DNA of 64,000 nucleotides from a virus. The notes under the pieces are model-generated. The model was not told the DNA's origin. It searched no databases and saw only the letters and a program-made list of their open reading frames with translations. Below are positions 1-8,528 of this stretch, piece by piece. The stretch lies in IMG/VR virus record IMGVR_UViG_3300027779_002770, positions 1-64,000 of that record; one strand, given 5' to 3'. Position numbers and translations under genes: made by a program. Within the stretch, counting starts at the first letter, position 1. Each line of letters starts with the position of its first letter.

Positions 1-1
1 T

Positions 2-748
2 AGTTTGAAATATGCATCAGATGATTTAGTTATAGTCAAAACTAAAATTGAAGGAATTAAGTGGCATCATGTGATAACTGATAATACTTTTGATAAAAAT
101 GAGTCTGAGATAATATCATCATATTTAAAAGAGTATGATGAATTACACAGTGAAGAAAATTATATTAGATATGTAACCGGAAAAGAATACAAATTAGCAG
201 GATTTTCTGGTATAGCATTTTTTCCAAATACGCTTAGATGGACAAATATAATACAAGATATTTTAGATAATACACATGGCGCTAAAAAGTTTTATGGAAA
301 TGCAAATGATTATGTTGTTACACTAGAATTAGTAATTACAGCTCCAAATTTCAATTATAAATGGCATACAGACGTTGAAAGAAAAGCATTTACAGGAGTC
401 TGCTATTGGGGCGACAAAGGTGAAGGGACAATACTGCGCTCAAAAGACACAAATAAGATAGTAAACTGGAAACATAACAGAGCATTATGGTTTTCAAATT
501 ATGATCGTAATAGTAATATTGATAAAGAGTTACAACCCTGGCACAAATATGAAAATAATTCAGATAATGCAAGAACAACTGTGAACATAAATTTTACACC
601 TCAAAATCATATTCATGAATTTTTAAATCAAAAGAAGGATCAATTACAATATTGGCTTATTAATAAAAGGCCGCTCTGGTTACCAATGTTCAGCGGGGAT
701 ACTGTAAATGAAATGAAAAAAAATGAAAGAATACTTAATAGAAAATAA
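2..748 (+). CDS. 2OG-Fe(II) oxygenase superfamily protein (probably 5'-truncated by window edge)
   Basis: HxD (WHTD), distal His (PWHKY) and RxTVNINF strand; frame open to window start. Confidence 0.65.
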   Translation, partial: SLKYASDDLVIVKTKIEGIKWHHVITDNTFDKNESEIISSYLKEYDELHSEENYIRYVTGKEYKLAGFSGIAFFPNTLRWTNIIQDILDNTHGAKKFYGNANDYVVTLELVITAPNFNYKWHTDVERKAFTGVCYWGDKGEGTILRSKDTNKIVNWKHNRALWFSNYDRNSNIDKELQPWHKYENNSDNARTTVNINFTPQNHIHEFLNQKKDQLQYWLINKRPLWLPMFSGDTVNEMKKNERILNRK

Positions 749-1289
749 AGCAAAATCTTTAATTGGTGGTTGGTTCATTGACAATAAAATATGTGATAAG
801 ATTATAACAGAGTTCAATGATAGGCGTGAACATACAACCTATGATAGCTTAAGAAAATATTCTAGATTAGCTACTTCACGTATAGACTCTAATATAGAAA
901 AACAATACATTTTTTATTTAAAGAATTGTATAGCAGAGTATAAAGAAAAATATAAGTGGTGTGTTAAAAATAACGAACCTTGGGCACTAACACTCCCAAT
1001 GAATATTCAATTATTTAAACCAGGCGACGCTTATGCTATGTTACATATTGAGTCTGGTGGGCCAAAAAAAGGAAAGCTACAAAGACATTTAGCATTTATG
1101 ACATATTTAAATGATGTGCAAGATGGAGGACAAACAGAATTTGAATCTCAAAATACACTTGTTCAACCACAAAAAGGGCTAACATTAATATGGCCTGCAA
1201 CTTGGTCACATCCACATCGTGGAATACCAGCAGTTAGCGAGGCTAAGTATATTATAACCGGTTGGTGCTCATACTACCATAGAAGTTAA
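723..1289 (+). CDS. 2OG-Fe(II) oxygenase (marine phage prolyl-hydroxylase-like family)
   Basis: LHIE, YLNDVQDGGQTEF, WSHPHRG, KYIITGW motifs. Confidence 0.85.
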   Translation: MKEYLIENKAKSLIGGWFIDNKICDKIITEFNDRREHTTYDSLRKYSRLATSRIDSNIEKQYIFYLKNCIAEYKEKYKWCVKNNEPWALTLPMNIQLFKPGDAYAMLHIESGGPKKGKLQRHLAFMTYLNDVQDGGQTEFESQNTLVQPQKGLTLIWPATWSHPHRGIPAVSEAKYIITGWCSYYHRS

Positions 1290-1352
1290 AATAAATTAAA
1301 TTTTTGGGAATTAAAACCATATATATTATAAATCGTTACAAGGAGATAAATC

Positions 1353-1658
1353 ATGGCGAAAGAAGTAAAATTCACAGATAGTGAATTAAAATCATTACAA
1401 GAAATTCAGGTAAATTATCAACAAATACAGCTTGAAATGGGCGGACTTAAACTACAACTAATCGCACAGGATAGGAATGCAGAAAGACTTATGGACTTAG
1501 AAGACCAGCTTATGCAAAAATTAAGTGATCTAAATGCGAAAGAAAACGAAACAGCTGCAGATCTTAATAAAAAATACGGCCCTGGATCATTAGATCCCGC
1601 GACTGGTGTGTTTACACCTACGCCACCTGCACCAGCAGCTCCGGACACAGCTAAATAA
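1353..1658 (+). CDS. small coiled-coil phage protein
   Basis: AAGGAG SD; heptad-rich; C-terminal KYGPGSLDPATGVF. Confidence 0.75.
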   Translation: MAKEVKFTDSELKSLQEIQVNYQQIQLEMGGLKLQLIAQDRNAERLMDLEDQLMQKLSDLNAKENETAADLNKKYGPGSLDPATGVFTPTPPAPAAPDTAK

Positions 1659-1710
1659 TATTTAATATACACGCTCCATTAAAGATAAGAGCACTTTCAC
1701 ATTTTGAGCG

Positions 1711-1720
1711 TATATTTATT
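1711..1720 (+). promoter_or_regulatory. putative late promoter (ATATTTAT-type motif) for tail sheath
   Basis: TATATTTATT; related motifs at 1319, 4223, 5851, 15211, 21071, 27477, 36967, 46641, 54257, 57975, all intergenic and shortly upstream of starts. Confidence 0.55.
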
Positions 1721-1758
1721 TTAAATTGTACTCTATAAACACTTAACGGAGAAATTCA

Positions 1759-4140
1759 ATGGCCGAGAGAATAGTCTCACCAGGAGTATTTACTCGTGAA
1801 AAAGACCTCTCATTCTTACCTCAAGGAATCGCTGAGATTGGTGCAGCATTAGTAGGCCCAACTAAAAAAGGACCTGCTTTTACACCAACTGTAGTGAGAA
1901 ATTTCCAAGAGTTTGAAGGAATGTTTGGATCTTTAGACGATAGATATTACATCCCAATGACTGCTAGAGAGTATTTAAGAAGTGCAGGAACTGTAACAAT
2001 AGTTAGAGTTCTTGGAATTGGCGGCTATAGTGCCGGCGGTGTTCAAATTGGTGTACAAAGTGGTGATGCTGGCTCTGATGCTTTAGCAATCCAACTTGTA
2101 CTTGCACCAAGCGCGTTCACAGAAGGTGAATCGACACCTCTCGCTGGAACAATAGCAGCAGGAACATCAGCAGCATGGGACATACGTTCTGGCAGCTATC
2201 AATTTTCCGCTTCTTTTAGTAACTCTAGTAACAAATACTACAAAGATGTCTTTAGTGATAATCCCCTTGTGACAAAAGCACAAGGTAATGATTGTCCATT
2301 CTACATCTATAAACAATTCCCAACTGCAGCGGCAAGCAATGGCACTGCTAACATTGTATCATCATCTAACTTCACATTAAATATGCTGAAAGATTATCAA
2401 CGTGCAGAAACGCCGTTTATAACAAGTCAGAAATCTGATGGAAATGTAGAAAACTTATTTAAGGTAGCACTTAGACATGATGGTGAAAATGAAACAAATA
2501 CCTATTTCAAAGTAGGCCTTTCAAATATTAAGAAGGCTTCTGATGTAGCAGGCTCAGATTATGGAACATTTAGTTTGCAAGTTAGGAAACTGGATCAACA
2601 AACATGGGCTTCAACTGATGATGAGGTTGTTGAACAATTTGATAATCTAAATTTAGATCCGAAATCTACAAACTTTATAGCTCGTAGAATTGGATCAAAA
2701 TGGCAATCAGTTGATTCAGATGGAAAAGTTGTAATGCATGGAGATGCTGAATGGCCGAACTTATCAAAATATGTGTTCATCACAGGTAGTTCTGCAATAA
2801 ATGACGGCAATCTTCCAAAAACACTTGTACCTTACGGACACGCTGCAGCATTATTCCCGCATACTTGTTCAATGACAAATACAGGTAGCGCACATTTCCC
2901 AGCTAACACTTTTGTAACATCACAGGTTAGTTCAACAACTAATCAGTATGATACTAGTATTTTCTTCGGATTTGATTTTTCAACGGTTGATAATAGAAGT
3001 TATTTATCACCATTGGCATCAGACGCAGCTGTTTATCATAACCCATCATTTAGTTTAGATGATATGTTAGGCAACGATACTGCAACAGCAGGTAAGTTTG
3101 GCGGCGCAACAACGTTTGCTTCTGGATCTAATCCAATATCACTCACAGCATCTGCTTTAGGACAAAGAAAATTTGTTGTTCCTATGCAAGGTGGCTTTGA
3201 TGGTATGAACCCTGCTATCAAGAAGAAGGTAGGAAAAGAAATAACTGCAACAAATCAACAAGGTTTTGATTGTTCTGCTGCAACCGCTAGCGGATCTGTA
3301 GCATATGAAAGAGCAATTAATGCCATCAGTAATCAGGATGAGTTTGATATTAATTTACTTGCAACACCTGGTTTGATTTACACGATTCATCCAAACCCAA
3401 TCAATATTGCTATTGATATGGTTAAAGCTAGAGGAGATGCATTCTACATATTTGATTCTTCTGCTTGGGGTGATACTATTGCAACAACTACAAATGCTGT
3501 GGCATCATCTGATACTAACTACGCAGCAACTTATTATCCGTGGGTAAAACTACTTGATGATACAGTCAACTTACCGCTGTGGGTTCCACCTTCAGTTGTT
3601 ATTCCTGGCGTGATAGCTCAAAATGATAGAGTTGCTCACGAATGGTTTGCACCTGCTGGTCTTAACCGTGGTGGTCTAAGGGGAGTTTTAGAAGCCAAGA
3701 CAAGACTAACACATGCTGAAAGAGATATTCTCTATGAAGGACGTGTTAATCCAATTGCTTCATTCCCAGGTCAAGGTGTAGTAGTTTTCGGACAGAAAAC
3801 ATTGCAAGCAAAACCATCAGCTTTGGACAGAATTAATGTTCGTAGGCTGTTAATTAGGCTTAAAAAGTTCATTGCTAGTTCTTCTCGCTATCTATTGTTT
3901 GAAAACAATACGACTGCAACTAGAGCAAGATTTATGAATATTGTGAACCCGTATTTAGATTCAGTACAATCTAATCAAGGGCTCTCGGCTTATAGGGTTG
4001 TAATGGATGACACAAACAATACAGCAGACGTAATTGATCGCAATCAGTTGGTAGGACAGATATTTATCCAGCCAGCACGTGCGGTTGAATTTATCGTTCT
4101 AGACTTTGTTGTTGAGCCATCTGGAGCAACATTCGCTTAA
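1759..4140 (+). CDS. contractile tail sheath protein
   Basis: N-terminal SPGVFTRE, YYPW, WFAPAGLNRG, RINVRRL, C-terminal PARAVEFI sheath motifs. Confidence 0.97.
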   Translation: MAERIVSPGVFTREKDLSFLPQGIAEIGAALVGPTKKGPAFTPTVVRNFQEFEGMFGSLDDRYYIPMTAREYLRSAGTVTIVRVLGIGGYSAGGVQIGVQSGDAGSDALAIQLVLAPSAFTEGESTPLAGTIAAGTSAAWDIRSGSYQFSASFSNSSNKYYKDVFSDNPLVTKAQGNDCPFYIYKQFPTAAASNGTANIVSSSNFTLNMLKDYQRAETPFITSQKSDGNVENLFKVALRHDGENETNTYFKVGLSNIKKASDVAGSDYGTFSLQVRKLDQQTWASTDDEVVEQFDNLNLDPKSTNFIARRIGSKWQSVDSDGKVVMHGDAEWPNLSKYVFITGSSAINDGNLPKTLVPYGHAAALFPHTCSMTNTGSAHFPANTFVTSQVSSTTNQYDTSIFFGFDFSTVDNRSYLSPLASDAAVYHNPSFSLDDMLGNDTATAGKFGGATTFASGSNPISLTASALGQRKFVVPMQGGFDGMNPAIKKKVGKEITATNQQGFDCSAATASGSVAYERAINAISNQDEFDINLLATPGLIYTIHPNPINIAIDMVKARGDAFYIFDSSAWGDTIATTTNAVASSDTNYAATYYPWVKLLDDTVNLPLWVPPSVVIPGVIAQNDRVAHEWFAPAGLNRGGLRGVLEAKTRLTHAERDILYEGRVNPIASFPGQGVVVFGQKTLQAKPSALDRINVRRLLIRLKKFIASSSRYLLFENNTTATRARFMNIVNPYLDSVQSNQGLSAYRVVMDDTNNTADVIDRNQLVGQIFIQPARAVEFIVLDFVVEPSGATFA

Positions 4141-4163
4141 ATAGCTTGTAAATAAAGTAATAA

Positions 4164-4200
4164 AAAAAAGCCTGGATTAATCATCTAGGCTTTTTTCTTT
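4164..4200 (+). terminator. rho-independent terminator
   Basis: A-run + GCCTGGAT-TAATC-ATCTAGGC + T-run after the sheath stop. Confidence 0.85.
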
Positions 4201-4222
4201 TCTGTTATTTTTCTTGTTTGGT

Positions 4223-4233
4223 GATATTTATTA
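4223..4233 (+). promoter_or_regulatory. putative late promoter for tail tube
   Basis: GATATTTATTA between terminator and tube SD. Confidence 0.55.
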
Positions 4234-4266
4234 TCGAAATAACAAAACCTTTAATGGAGAAATAGA

Positions 4267-4755
4267 ATGCCACAGCTGATAGATCCGACAGATATAATGT
4301 TTACCCAATTTGAACCAAAGGTTCAAAATCGGTTCATTATGTACATTGAGGGGATCCCTGCTTACACTATCAAAGCTGCAGCCCGCCCCCAAATTCAATT
4401 TGAAGATATTACACTCGACCATATTAATGTAAAACGTTACGTTAAAGGCAAGGGCGAGTGGCAGCCATTAGTTTGCACACTTTATGATCCAGTTGTTCCA
4501 TCAGCAGCACAGGCAGCAATGGAATGGATTCGATTATCACATGAATCTGTAACTGGTCGTGATGGATATTCAGACTTTTATAAAAAGAACGTCACATTTA
4601 ATGTATTAGGTCCAGTAGGCGATATCGTTGAAGAATGGCAGCTAGTTGGCTGTTTTATTCAACAAGCTAACTTCGGGACACTTGACTGGGCAACTAATGA
4701 GCCAGTTAGCATTGAATTGACACTTAGATACGATTACGCTATACTACAGTTCTAG
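4267..4755 (+). CDS. tail tube protein (T4 gp19-like)
   Basis: follows sheath; FEPKVQNRF, W-L-G-F and LTLRYDYA tube motifs. Confidence 0.93.
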   Translation: MPQLIDPTDIMFTQFEPKVQNRFIMYIEGIPAYTIKAAARPQIQFEDITLDHINVKRYVKGKGEWQPLVCTLYDPVVPSAAQAAMEWIRLSHESVTGRDGYSDFYKKNVTFNVLGPVGDIVEEWQLVGCFIQQANFGTLDWATNEPVSIELTLRYDYAILQF

Positions 4756-4859
4756 AAAATTTAATCTGTGAGAAGCTATGACTAAAGGTCGTGGCATTCA
4801 TTTCGTTAAAGCTGATCACAAATAGTTACAATACGAATAGACTAAAATAAGGAGTTACA

Positions 4860-5627
4860 ATGTCTACAAACACAACAAAAAGTAGATTCCCTACTGAGCT
4901 AGTGGATTTACCAAGCAAAGGCCTTTTATATCCTGAAGGGCACCCTCTATCAGATGGAAAAGTTGAAATAAAGTATATGACTGCAAAAGAAGAGGATATT
5001 TTGACATCTATGAATCTAATTGAGAAGGGTATTGTAATTGATGAGTTACTTAAGTCTATTATAATAACAAAATTCAATTATGGTGATGTTCTTATTGGAG
5101 ATAAAAATGCAATCATGCTTTCAGCAAGAATATTAGGTTACGGCAAAAATTATGATGTTGAAGTGAACTGTGGCGAATGTGGCGTAAAAGAAGACACACC
5201 TTTTGATTTAACTAGTTATGGTTACAAAGAAGTAGATGAGTCTGGTTTTAATGTTGATAATAAATTTAAATGGACGCTTCCTAATTCAGAAAGAGAAGTT
5301 GAATTTAAATTATTAACACATGCAGATGAACAAGGAATAACACAAGCATTAGCAAGTGTAAAAAAAGCAGGAATACAAGCGACAGGTGAAATTACAACTA
5401 GACTTCGATACCAACTATTGTCAGTTGACGGAAATACAGACAAAGAATTTATTAATAACTTTATTATGAATGAGTTCTTTGCGCTTGATTCCAGAGCATT
5501 TAGAGATTATGTTTCGACCATAACACCAGATGTAGATTTTACAAGCTATTTTATATGTAGTGCATGTAAGGATTCAGCAGAGATACAGCTGCCAATCACA
5601 GCAAATTTCTTCTGGCCTTCCCGGTAG
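4860..5627 (+). CDS. tail assembly chaperone / T4 gp26-like baseplate hub assembly protein
   Basis: LPSKGLLY, MTAKEEDIL, two CxxC, ends FFWP; lies between tube and tape measure. Confidence 0.8.
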   Translation: MSTNTTKSRFPTELVDLPSKGLLYPEGHPLSDGKVEIKYMTAKEEDILTSMNLIEKGIVIDELLKSIIITKFNYGDVLIGDKNAIMLSARILGYGKNYDVEVNCGECGVKEDTPFDLTSYGYKEVDESGFNVDNKFKWTLPNSEREVEFKLLTHADEQGITQALASVKKAGIQATGEITTRLRYQLLSVDGNTDKEFINNFIMNEFFALDSRAFRDYVSTITPDVDFTSYFICSACKDSAEIQLPITANFFWPSR

Positions 5628-5836
5628 ATCCCGAATATAAACCGATAGTACACGACGCAATTTTTAGCTTAGTTTACTACAGTGAAGGCGCATTCTCATT
5701 CGGGGATGTATATGATATGCCCATTTACTTACGAAAATTTTATACTGATAAACTAATTGATGCAAGAAAGGCTGAAAATTCTCAGGCTGAAAAAGCATCC
5801 CGCGGAAAGGGCACTAGTATACAAAGACCCGGTTAA
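5603..5836 (+). CDS. -1 frame extension of the tail chaperone (PVDPEYKPIVHDAIFSLVYYSEGAFSFGDVYDMPIYLRKFY...), absent from the ORF track
   Basis: frame open 5570-5836 with no ATG/GTG/TTG before the internal Met at 5717; slippery heptamer A AAT TTC at 5603-5609. Confidence 0.6.
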   Translation, partial: KFLLAFPVDPEYKPIVHDAIFSLVYYSEGAFSFGDVYDMPIYLRKFYTDKLIDARKAENSQAEKASRGKGTSIQRPG

Positions 5837-5890
5837 TAATCCATAAACTCGATAATTATTACTGTATTAACTTATAATAGGAGTTTTGAC

Positions 5891-6160
5891 GTGAACAAGA
5901 ATAATTTAAATGAAGCAGCACTGGCAGCAATCATCTCAGGATTGGTCGGCGCATATATTGTATCAAAGTTACAAAACAATAATACAAAAGCAAATAATAT
6001 AAGAAAAGCAGTCAGTAAGTTAGATTCAAATATCGAAGTTGATCTAAGCGCAATTGACAAAAAAGTTGAAAGAGAAGCTGAAATGATCAAGAAAAAAGTA
6101 GCTAAAATGTCAGCTGAAGATAGAGCGCGTGTTGAAAAAATGGCTTCATACTTTAATTAA
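5891..6160 (+). CDS. hypothetical protein
   Basis: AGGAG SD, GTG start. Confidence 0.7.
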   Translation: MNKNNLNEAALAAIISGLVGAYIVSKLQNNNTKANNIRKAVSKLDSNIEVDLSAIDKKVEREAEMIKKKVAKMSAEDRARVEKMASYFN

Positions 6161-6176
6161 ATATTAGAGAATTATT

Positions 6177-8528
6177 ATGCCTGGTGTTAACAAAGAACAA
6201 TTACAAAACTATGAAGCATATGTCAAGCTTACAGCTGAAGAAGCAGCTCTGAGAGAAAAAATCAGGAAGACTGGTGGTTCGAATGATGATGCAAGTAGGA
6301 TTAAACAAGTAAAGGAAGAGTTAGTCCCATTAGTTAAAGGCTTGAAGGCCGTTGATACTACTGTTGAGAAGCTTGTAAAGGATATTGCAAACATAAACGG
6401 CAAGGTAGGAGGACTAACCGGCGGTTTTAAGAAACTATCAGAGCAAAAAACAGACAAATATTTAGATAAAGTTCACACACAAAGTAATAAGGCCGCTGAA
6501 GCAATTGGCACAATGGCTACTAAGCTTGGAAACTTACACAAGCAAGGCAAGGGTAGCGGAGATCTTGCAAGAGGACTATCAAGTATTCTTGCAATAGAGT
6601 CTGACATCCGCAATTTATCGACTGATAAGGCACAATTAGCAGAGGCAAATTTAGCAAAATTAAAACAAGAAGTACAGGCAACGTATCAATTACTAGAGTC
6701 AACAGGGCATTTAACTGACGAAGAAAAAGCAAGATTAAATATACAGTTGCAACAGGTTACTAATTTAGAGATGCAAAAGGCACGAACTGAAAAACTAACA
6801 GATCTCCAATCAAAAGGCGCTGATGCGCAGAAGAGCATAGCAGATTTTATGGCAAACTTTTCTAGTAAGTCACTAGGCGCACTTGCAATATGGGCTGGCT
6901 TAACTAAACTAATGCAATTTTTTACAAAGGGTGCGTTGCAGACACAAGGTGCTTTAGGCACATCCTTAGAAGACTCTTACAAATTTGAAGCTAGCTGGCA
7001 GAAATCATTAAGTCCGTTAGAGCAGGCATCTTTTTTATTGACAGGTGTCCGTGATGATGTTAGGAGTGCAGCTCATGCTGCAGCATTAGCAGGAGACAAT
7101 CTTGACTTAATGAATAATAAAGCAATGGCTGTTAGTGACGCAGCACTTGCAATGCAATCCGGATTAGGCGCAACAGAAGTTGCTGAGCTAGCACAGATGA
7201 TGTCAGAGGTAACTGGCTTATCTAGGGAAGCTGCATCAGCACAACTAGTTGGAACACAAGCATTAGCAACAGCAAATAAAGTTGCACCAGCAAAAGTCCT
7301 TGCAGACATGGCAGCCAATTCAAATCTACTTGCAGCCTCTACTGACGGCTCAGCTGATAGTATGGCAAGGCTAGCAATATTCGCACGAAAGGCAGGAATT
7401 GAAATATCAGGTATGTCTAGCATGGCTGACAGTTTATTAGATATAGAAACATCAATAACTGCTGAGATGAATGCAAGTGTTATGCTCAATAGACAACTTA
7501 ATTTGGATGCAGCAAGACAAGCAGCATCACGAAATGATTTTGAGGGAATGGCGAGAGAGGTTCAACAGCAGCTAGCAGGAATCGATTTTGAAGAATTAGA
7601 CTTTTTTCAAAGAAAACAATTAGCACAGGCTGTAGGAATATCAGATGTTGGTCAGCTTGCAAAAATAATGGCAAGATCAGATACATCAGAGTTGACGCAA
7701 GATATAGCAACAGATGCTCAAAAACAATTAAAGTCATCCGCTCAGTTAGCTAAGCAAGGCGCTACAACAAATGACCTCTTAGGCACAATTAAAAGAATTA
7801 TTATTGCAATTGCTGCAATGCAAGCAGTTGGAGGAATAGCAGGTCTTGCTAAGATGTTTAGAGGCGGTATACCTAAGATGGGAATGAAAAACCCTATGGG
7901 AAAAATGTATAAAGGTGGACAAAAAATGCCAGGAGGTGGAAGGGCCCCAGCAGGCGGTGCGCGAGGAACTTCTATGCTTGGCGCGGCTATGAAAAATCCA
8001 ATGCTGAAAACTGCTGGCAAGATCGGCGGTAGTTCACTTGCTGCTGTAGGCATAGGCATGGATGCATATAGTAATTATCAGCAGTCAGGAGATGTTGGAC
8101 AGACTATAGCAGATACTGCAATGCAGAATAAATATGCATTATTAGGTGCAAGCATAGGTACTGGATTAACAGCATGGTCAGGGCCGGGTGCACTATTTGG
8201 TGCAGGAGCAGGATTTTTAGGAGGCACAGTATTAGATATGATCGCACCACATATTGGGCTTGCAAGCGGCGGAACTGTAGGAAGCTCTGGCACTTATATG
8301 GTTGGTGAAAAAGGACCAGAATTAGTATCACTTGGCAGAGGCTCACAGGTAGTACCAAATCATTATATGGGAGGTCTTGCATCCGGTGCGCTAGGAAGCA
8401 AAATATCATTCATGTCCGGAACAGAAGAAAAATTAGATAAAGTAATAAAAGCATTAGAAGGCATTGCAGGACATACAGCAGGAACTGAAGGCGCTGTTAA
8501 AAATATTCAAATAGCGGGTGGCAAATAA
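6177..8528 (+). CDS. tape measure protein
   Basis: Ala/Leu-rich helical body, Gly-rich hydrophobic C-terminal part, ASGG...MVGEKGPELV motif; position in tail module. Confidence 0.88.
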   Translation: MPGVNKEQLQNYEAYVKLTAEEAALREKIRKTGGSNDDASRIKQVKEELVPLVKGLKAVDTTVEKLVKDIANINGKVGGLTGGFKKLSEQKTDKYLDKVHTQSNKAAEAIGTMATKLGNLHKQGKGSGDLARGLSSILAIESDIRNLSTDKAQLAEANLAKLKQEVQATYQLLESTGHLTDEEKARLNIQLQQVTNLEMQKARTEKLTDLQSKGADAQKSIADFMANFSSKSLGALAIWAGLTKLMQFFTKGALQTQGALGTSLEDSYKFEASWQKSLSPLEQASFLLTGVRDDVRSAAHAAALAGDNLDLMNNKAMAVSDAALAMQSGLGATEVAELAQMMSEVTGLSREAASAQLVGTQALATANKVAPAKVLADMAANSNLLAASTDGSADSMARLAIFARKAGIEISGMSSMADSLLDIETSITAEMNASVMLNRQLNLDAARQAASRNDFEGMAREVQQQLAGIDFEELDFFQRKQLAQAVGISDVGQLAKIMARSDTSELTQDIATDAQKQLKSSAQLAKQGATTNDLLGTIKRIIIAIAAMQAVGGIAGLAKMFRGGIPKMGMKNPMGKMYKGGQKMPGGGRAPAGGARGTSMLGAAMKNPMLKTAGKIGGSSLAAVGIGMDAYSNYQQSGDVGQTIADTAMQNKYALLGASIGTGLTAWSGPGALFGAGAGFLGGTVLDMIAPHIGLASGGTVGSSGTYMVGEKGPELVSLGRGSQVVPNHYMGGLASGALGSKISFMSGTEEKLDKVIKALEGIAGHTAGTEGAVKNIQIAGGK

